DNA of 60,294 nt, filler included, from an uncultured virus (IMG/VR IMGVR_UViG_2049941000_000903) (taxonomy: Duplodnaviria; Heunggongvirae; Uroviricota; Caudoviricetes). It is 14 parts of one record of this genome, joined end to end, with 100 filler letters (N's around TTAATTAATTAA, not from the genome) between each part and the next. Parts side by side here need not be neighbours in the genome. Positions count along the whole stretch, not along the records: positions 52,846 to 55,456 come from IMGVR_UViG_2049941000_000903; positions 55,557 to 56,676 come from IMGVR_UViG_2049941000_000903; positions 56,777 to 59,126 come from IMGVR_UViG_2049941000_000903; positions 59,227 to 59,277 come from IMGVR_UViG_2049941000_000903; positions 59,378 to 60,294 come from IMGVR_UViG_2049941000_000903; 9 more parts are not named here. The stretch is one strand, 5' to 3'. The notes beneath the pieces are model-generated. The model searched no databases and was not told where the DNA came from. It saw nothing but the letters and a program-made list of their open reading frames with translations. The position numbers and the translations under genes were made by a program. Shown one piece after another: positions 52,846 to 60,294 of this stretch. Every line of letters starts with the position of its first letter. Within the stretch, counting starts at the first letter, position 1.

Positions 52846-55206
52846 ATAGGTCTGACGGAAACCATTTGTATTAAACTCTGGAAATACCAGAAACTGCTTT
52901 CCTCTATCCTCGTACGTGTTAAGAACTATGCGACGCCCATCTGCAGAACGTTCCTCTATTGCGCGTATCCTTTCGTACTCACACAGGACCTCGTCAGCAA
53001 ATGCTTGTACTATAGGAGCGTTGATATTATATACGGTCCTGTACCTGGTATTTCCGTTCTCATCAACCCCGTCTTCTATCTGATATCCTATTGGAGTTAT
53101 AGTGGAATGGAATATCGCACGATCAGCTTCGGATGCCTCTGAGCCTGTTTCAATTCTGGTAAACGGAACCTCAATAAAATCGTATGCGGTGGAATAATCC
53201 GCCTTTATCGGAAACTCGTATGTTCTCTTGTTTCTTTTCCATTCTACATAGGAGGACAATCCCTTCTGTGCATCACTCAACTCAGCATAAGGGGCGCCAT
53301 TAAAAGTCAACTGCTGTCTGAATCTCACGCCAGAGGCTGCAGACGGGTTCTCCATCAATGCTTTGAGCCACCCGACTACCTTATCATTGTAGCTGTATCC
53401 TTCATATTGCCCCCACTCATCTTGAAGTCTCTGAACGTACTCTTCGTCAGTAAGTCCCTCCTCGTTATTGAGTATACCTATTATCTGGTGAGTTAGGTTT
53501 GTATTGCTTAGCGCAGACAATGTCTTCTGACCAACCCTTGCTCTTGTTTCCACTTCGTCCTGCACAGCCATATACAGGGAGAAATTGATAGCATTTGTTT
53601 CCTTGGTCAATACCAGAGACAGGGCGTCAGCATCTTCATTCTTACCGTTACCTGCAACTCCGTATATACTGGATAGGGCATTGACGAACACCTCAAGCCT
53701 ATTATGCTTGCCGGAAAAATCCCTTGTCTTGGTTGGCATTGGAGTATAGGCAATCCTCTTTACGTCATCAGCTATTATATCAAGACCAAGACCCCTTGCG
53801 TATTCCGCTACCTCCTCAGCATAGTTAGGATTTGAAGCAAAGAAATTGTCCATAGCCTCAGAGCCAGTAGTCCTTGCGTAAGAATGTTCCTTATCATACT
53901 GGTCAACTGGTTTCTTACCTTCTCGCATCTCTACAAGAGCAGCATTCTTAGCCATCAAGGCAAGAGTTTCCTTAGTGCCCTTGAAATCATAACCGACACG
54001 TATCTTTCCATCCCCGTCATATATGCTCCGGGAACTGAGGATGTTTCCGTTCATGTTATTGAACATGTGCCTGATTACCGAATACTCCTTCGAAGAGGAG
54101 TTCGCATCAGATACAACATATTTTCTATCCTCAGTATGAATTACAGAATACCTGTTAACGACACGCTTACAGTTACTGTAAATTACCGCCTGCATTCTCT
54201 CGTTACCCTTAAGCGCAGAATGGACATCTTTCATCCACGGATATTTACCAGATGCCTCCTCTAACTTTTTCATGAAGTTAGATGGATTAGAGGCCCTAAT
54301 TACACGCATAAGTGCTATGGCAACTTGCTTATAATCCATCTTCCTTGGCTTACCGAAGATTGTATTATAAGGTTTGCCTGCCTCATCACGCATGGTTATT
54401 CCGCTTAGAAATGCTTTAGCCATCGGGGACAATGTCTCTGCCAGACCCAGTTCACGAAAATCTACAAATCTAGAACCTTTTGATTCCCCATCCTCACGTC
54501 TTCCTACCTCATCATCGTCAGCCGCCGTTTGTTCGTTACCTTCATTCTTCCAATCAGCAAGCATTCCAGCATACTCAAACCTGAGCCCTTCTTGCTCTCC
54601 CAATCTATAGGCAGCCCTTGATACGATATGGTCCTTATATTTAAGAACAAGATCACGTTCCATCTTTATACGATGGGCTACATGCATAAGCTCCTCCTTT
54701 CTGGCGTCACTCTCGTTACCAGTAAGAAGCTCGTCGTAAATGTCTTCCACCGTTGTATCCATGATATCGTCAAGAATATCCCCAATCATAACTTCGAAAC
54801 CACCAAGCTCCTCTATTATCTCGGCTCTTGACTTACCAGGAAACGTCTCCTCTGCTTCAGTGATATAGTCACTGAACTCTGAAGCTATATAATCTACGGC
54901 GTCGTGAAGCTGGGCATGGTTGAATACCTGAAGCGCTTCGGTATATCTCGAAATAGCTCCGTTGCTCTCACGCTTTCCTTGTGCCTGTGCAACTCTTGCC
55001 GCCCTATCCTGATTATGAAGATATATGGTGAATGCCGCCCTGAACTCCTCGTCAGGATACCAGTCATCTCCCTTTTCCATTTGTGACCTATAAGTCTGAA
55101 GATAAGTCTTAAGCTCAAAAGGCTTACGACCAGGAAACATCTTCATCAATTTCTTGAAATTCTCATCCTTCAGAAGAAGGTTGAGGCTCATACAAACATC
55201 TGCCAT
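52846..55206 (-). CDS. N-terminal part of a crAss-like giant protein (probably the RNAP polypeptide)
   Basis: ATG at 55206 with a TATATTTG promoter near 55225-55232; over 780 aa open. Confidence 0.6.
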
Positions 55207-55276
55207 AGATTATATATTTAGTAAGCAAATATACTTTTAATATATACCGCTTCTTAAAGCGTAAGTATTTTAGTTG

Positions 55277-55456
55277 TTATATACCAAGACAACTAAGTGC
55301 CGATTTCTTACCTTCGGGAGAAAGCATGTTAAATGTCTCCTCGTCACATCCGGAATCAAGCAAAACCTTTTTAACCGGTTCGGACAAATTTTCAAACTTA
55401 ACAGTATTATAGTCAACTGATGCAAGCTCTGTCTTGATATCATCGACAGGAGCCGG
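55277..55456 (-). CDS. C-terminus of the upstream large virion protein
   Basis: ...KKSALSCLGI followed by a stop codon. Confidence 0.5.
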   Translation of the reverse strand, partial: PAPVDDIKTELASVDYNTVKFENLSEPVKKVLLDSGCDEETFNMLSPEGKKSALSCLGI

Positions 55457-55556
55457 NNNNNNNNNNNNNNNNNNNNNNNNNNNNNNNNNNNNNNNNNNNN
55501 TTAATTAATTAANNNNNNNNNNNNNNNNNNNNNNNNNNNNNNNNNNNNNNNNNNNN

Positions 55557-56676
55557 GTCCTTATGTGCCTCCCCTGTACGCTCCGGCTCTTCCTCCTGCC
55601 CTTCTTCAACCTGAGAAGGCCTGCCTGCCATACCTGCTATTGTTGGCTTGTCTCCAGTCATTCCTCTCAGTGTAGGAGAGTCACCGGTATTACTTTTCTT
55701 CTTGCTGGATGTTGGCTTCTTTCTTCCTGATACATAGTTGCTGATTTTCTTGTATTCATCAAGTCCTTTCTTTATAGCAGCAACGGCTTGGTCATAAGCG
55801 CGTCCTATAATATCCACACCTCCCATGCCTGCTATGGTAGGGCCAGTAATGGCATTAAGCTGCGTTTTTACTCTTCCACCAGGAATAACAGTACCGTCAT
55901 CCTCAAATGAGTCAAAGTTGAAATCAAANNNNNNNNNNGACCTGGTCACCTATGTTAGCTACAAACGCTGTGTTCTCGAAAGCATTTTGTGCCTCTTCCC
56001 CATCTGCAGCATCAGACCTCAGGAAGTTACTCAGCATTTGCCATGTTGGACGATAGGCTTCGTTCTTAAGATAAAAATCTTTGAGGTTGATTTTGAATAT
56101 TGCGGAAAGCTTTTCCCTCAGGGTAAGATTCCTGTTCTTCAATATCCTTCGTACATCCCGAGCATCGAATGAATCAATCTCAGGCATTCCTGTCCTGTAA
56201 TAATGTTTCTCTTCATTTGAAGTAACATCATCCTCACCACCAATTTCTTCTTGCTCTTCTTCGGACAAATCATTCACATCAGTGGTTTTTATTGTCTCCA
56301 GCGTTCCTCCAGTACTAGATTGGTTGCGTACAACCACAGTCGTATCGTCATCTATCGGTTCATAGCCTTCCTGCTTTACAGGACTCAGCCTGGCTACGTC
56401 TGACTTGTCAAGGTCTACGAGAATGCGCTTGTTATTAGCATCAGTAAGCGTCATCATGTGCTTGCCGTTGCTGTCGTAAAAACTCTTTATTGTATACTCG
56501 CCGACAAGGAAAGGAGTAATCTCTCCCTCATTGTCCAGCTTGTACATGTACGCCTTCTGACCAACCTGCCACTCCCTACCAAGAGAATCCTTATGTGCCT
56601 CTCCGGTACGCTCAGGCTCTTCCTCTTGCCCTTCTTCAACCTGAGAAGGCCTGCCTGCCATACCTGCTATTGTTGG
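55557..56676 (-). CDS. crAss-like large virion protein fragments
   Basis: Open fragments with PTIAGM motifs. Confidence 0.5.
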
Positions 56677-56891
56677 NNNNNNNNNNNNNNNNNNNNNNNN
56701 NNNNNNNNNNNNNNNNNNNNTTAATTAATTAANNNNNNNNNNNNNNNNNNNNNNNNNNNNNNNNNNNNNNNNNNNNTGCAGAGAGCCAGCGGGTAACCTG
56801 AATGTCGGAGACAGTGACTGCATTGCCGTTTGTGAAGTTGGTCTCGGGACCCTTAGAGAGATAGGAAGGATTCTGCACGCTNNNNNNNNNN

Positions 56892-57788
56892 TGCTGTAAC
56901 TATAGCGACACAAATGAATGTAAAAACAAGCCACCAGCGAAGTTCCTCGTTTTTAGCGAAGTACTTGACATCGCCTCTGAACAGGAAATAATATAAGGAG
57001 AAGTTGACACCCGACACCAGCATGAAGAATGAGCATACATATTCTAAATAATGCGAGTTATAGTAGCCTATGCTAGCCTGATGGGTGCTGAAACCGCCGC
57101 TAGACATGGTGGTGAAAGCGTGGCATACGGCATCATACAGGTTCATAGGTCCGGCCCAGTATGCCATGATACAGGCAATTGTGAGTATTATGTAGATGGT
57201 ATACAGATGACGAGAAGTGACAGACATCTTCGGATGCAGTTTCTTCACACCAAGACCTGACATCTCAGCGGCATAAAGCGAAGTCTGGTTGGATTTTTTA
57301 TTAAGGGCAGGCAGAACAGCGAGGAAAAGCACAATTATACCCAAACCTCCCAACCACTGTATCATACTGCGCCAGAACAGTATGCCATGAGGCTGATCGT
57401 CAATATTCTCCATTATTGTGGAGCCGGTTGTGGTAAAGCCCGACATGGTCTCAAAGAAAGCATCTGTCACAGTTGTTATTGAGCCCGTAAATATGAAAGG
57501 CAGCATACCGAAAACACAGAACAGCACCCATGTCACAGTAACCACAATCAAGGAGTCTTTCATAGTGAGACCGCCTGATTCTCTATCGTTGTTTTCTTTG
57601 CGCTTAGCCTTCTCCCTGCCGGATGAAAGCAAAATAAAACCGAAGATACCTGTAATCATTGTTGCGGCAAGCAGATATATAACATCCTCCTCACCGGCAT
57701 GCACATTGTAATACAAGGCCACCATGGAAGCAAGCAGCATAAAGAATGCCTCCAACAAGATGAAAATACCATAAATCCTAGCCTTCAT
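56892..57788 (-). CDS. trkH: TrkH-family potassium uptake protein, partial
   Basis: FFETMSGFTTTG, QWLGGLG and SSGGFS motifs. Confidence 0.92.
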
Positions 57789-57989
57789 ATTTGTTTAATA
57801 TATGTGCAACCCGCAAAAATACAAAAAAGTTTTTAATGTGTAAAAAAAATTGATTTTTCCCCAAAACGTGAAAAATCTCATCTGAAGCGACCAAAAATCC
57901 AGTTGAATTCTTCAGTTTTGTTTACGTTCATAACCACAAAAACACTATTTTTGCAGGTCTTATTAATAAGGATAAAATATAATAGGGAT

Positions 57990-59126
57990 ATGTTCAGAAA
58001 AAGATTGTTTTTAACTACTGTTTTGGCTATGGCGATGACGCTGTCAGCCAGCCTGTTGAAAGCCCAGCAGGCTCAAGACTCGCTGATTATCAGTCTCGAC
58101 CAAGCCATTGAGATTGCTCTTGAGGAAAGCAACACCATCACAATAGCCAATCTCACCATCGAAAAGACTGGCTATGCGCGCAAAGGCGCTTACGCCGCCC
58201 TCTACCCCAACATCAGCGCATCCGGAAGTTACCAGCGCACACTTAAGAAACAGGTCATGGCGATGGATTTCAACGGACAGTCAATGGAAATAGCTGTCGG
58301 TAAATGGAACAACGTCAATGCTGGCATCAACGCCGCCATGCCTTTGATCAACGCCTCCCTTTGGCAGTCACTCAAGCTTTCGGCTTTAGACGTGGAACTC
58401 GCAGTTGAACAGGCCCGCTCATCAAAGATCGCCATGATAACTCAGGTCAAGCAGTCGTATTACGCTGTCTTGCTGGCCCAGCAGGTTCATGCGGTATACC
58501 AGGAGGTTTACGACAATGCGACCAAAAACTTCGAACATGTCGAGCACCTGTACAAGGCAGGCAAATCGTCGGAGTATGAGTATCTGCGCGCGCAGGTCAA
58601 CGTTCGCAACGCTGAGCCCAGCATATTCAGTTCCCTCACCGCCATCGACCTCGCCATCTGGCAGCTCAAAGCCGTCATGGGCGTAGACCTTGATACCAAA
58701 ATCGGTGTGGCCGGCGAGATTGACATGTACAAAGACGAGATGCTGACGTATGAAAGCGACGACCTTATGGTTGATTTGGACAAAAACAGCACCCTCCTGC
58801 AACTCAACATCCAGAATGAGCAGCTCGAGCGCAGCGTGAAGATGGCCAAATACCAGTACATCCCCACACTTGCCGCCTCGTTCTCATACAACTACATTGC
58901 CATGGGCGACGACTTCAAGTTTAAATGGAACCCTTATTCTGTGGTGGGTCTCAGCCTTAACATCCCTATATTCGAAGGATTCGCCAAACGCAACAATATA
59001 AAGCAAGTTCAGGCTACGCAAAACATACTGCAACTTAACATTGAAGATACGGAACGTAATTTGCGCATAGTCGTCAAGAACTACAACAACCAGATTGACA
59101 CCTATATCAAGAATTACATGGCTGCC
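57990..59126 (+). CDS. TolC-family outer membrane efflux protein, partial
   Basis: Signal peptide; LDQAIEIAL, YP, VKQSYY and LNIPIF motifs. Confidence 0.88.
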
Positions 59127-59921
59127 NNNNNNNNNNNNNNNNNNNNNNNNNNNNNNNNNNNNNNNNNNNNTTAATTAATTAANNNNNNNNNNNNNNNNNN
59201 NNNNNNNNNNNNNNNNNNNNNNNNNNGCTTATCGACTACACACGTCTCTGTCTGGAACGCGGCATGGGTGTCAACGANNNNNNNNNNNNNNNNNNNNNNN
59301 NNNNNNNNNNNNNNNNNNNNNTTAATTAATTAANNNNNNNNNNNNNNNNNNNNNNNNNNNNNNNNNNNNNNNNNNNNCTTTGAGATAAAGATACCTGTAA
59401 AGCCAGTCGATAACAAAGTTGTTGAGAANNNNNNNNNNNNNNNNNNNNNNNNNNNNNNNNNNNNNNNNNNNNNNNNNNNNNNNNNNNNNNNNNNNNNNNN
59501 NNNNNNNNNNNNNNNNNNNNNNNNNNNNNNNNNNNNNNNNNNNNNNNNNNNNNNNNNNNNNNNNNNNNNNNNNNNNNNNNNNNNNNNNNNNNNNNNNNNN
59601 NNNNNNNNNNNNNNNNNNNNNNNNNNNNNNNNNNNNNNNNNNNNNNNNNNNNNNNNNNNNNNNNNNNNNNNNNNNNNNNNNNNNNNNNNNNNNNNNNNNN
59701 NNNNNNNNNNNNNNNNNNNNNNNNNNNNNNNNNNNNNNNNNNNNNNNNNNNNNNNNNNNNNNNNNNNNNNNNNNNNNNNNNNNNNNNNNNNNNNNNNNNN
59801 NNNNNNNNNNNNNNNNNNNNNNNNNNNNNNNNNNNNNNNNNNNNNNNNNNNNNNNNNNNNNNNNNNNNNNNNNNNNNNNNNNNNNNNNNNNNNNNNNNNN
59901 NNNNNNNNNNNNNNNNNNNNN

Positions 59922-60294
59922 AACCGAAGAGACAAGTCAAAGTTGTGACTTCACTGACGACTTCCCACAGCTGTGCGCCATGTTTAACAACGACGCCACA
60001 GCCATACGCGGCATACTTCAGACTTTCGCCGACACCACCTCCGACAATCTGGTCACTCTTAACGACGCCGTCACCGAGCATGATTTCGCCAAAGCCCAGG
60101 CTGTGTGCCACAAGATGCGCCCTATGTTCATTCAGTTGGAACAGGAATCGGCACAGTACCTCATCGACATGGACAGCCGTCGCGGACAAGACGCCTCCTC
60201 CCTTCCCGACTGGGAAGAAAAAGGCATCGAATTCATGAAACAATCCGATGCCCTCTTGGCCATGCTGGCCGATAAATATGATATTTCCGTTTAG
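59922..60294 (+). CDS. HPt domain, C-terminus of a hybrid sensor kinase
   Basis: Helical domain with CHKMRPMF. Confidence 0.65.

Noticed and set aside
40409..56676. Stop-codon reassignment in the crAss-like phage
   Set aside because: Fragments are fully open in the standard code; breaks coincide with gaps
2913..59333. Recurrent TTAATTAATTAA flanked by Ns (2913, 5135, 14932, 36527, 39729, 41115, 41419, 46146, 52790, 55501, 56721, 59171, 59322)
   Set aside because: Artificial scaffold linker with stop codons in all frames; not biological
56777..60294. TrkH/TolC/HPt as phage cargo or prophage flank
   Set aside because: Separate scaffolds; ordinary bacterial genes with no shown linkage

Overview
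Concatenated, gap-rich metagenomic scaffolds joined by N-TTAATTAATTAA-N linkers, with many short strain-variant duplicates set between 10-N gaps. Three sources are visible. (1) About 1-38.4 kb is a temperate Bacteroidota siphovirus-type phage: head/neck/tail genes, terminase, portal and MuF; an accessory early region; two complete tyrosine recombinases plus a fragment; a likely attP; a CI repressor; two lambda-O-like initiators with iterons; methyltransferases, sliding clamp, ERF and primase. (2) About 38.5-56.7 kb holds fragments of a crAss-like phage: MoxR/VWA genes and giant virion proteins, including an RNA polymerase with a DHDGD catalytic motif. (3) About 56.8-60.3 kb is bacterial (TrkH, TolC, HPt). 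The most unusual signals are non-coding: paired strand-polar GAACG repeat arrays bracketing small gene cassettes next to a recombinase; a structured RNA present in two alleles with compensatory base changes; an attenuator on a replication gene with a possible trans-acting RNA partner; tRNA-like elements; and a 17-bp inverted repeat around the recombinase segment. All calls come from reading the sequence; no database searches were run.
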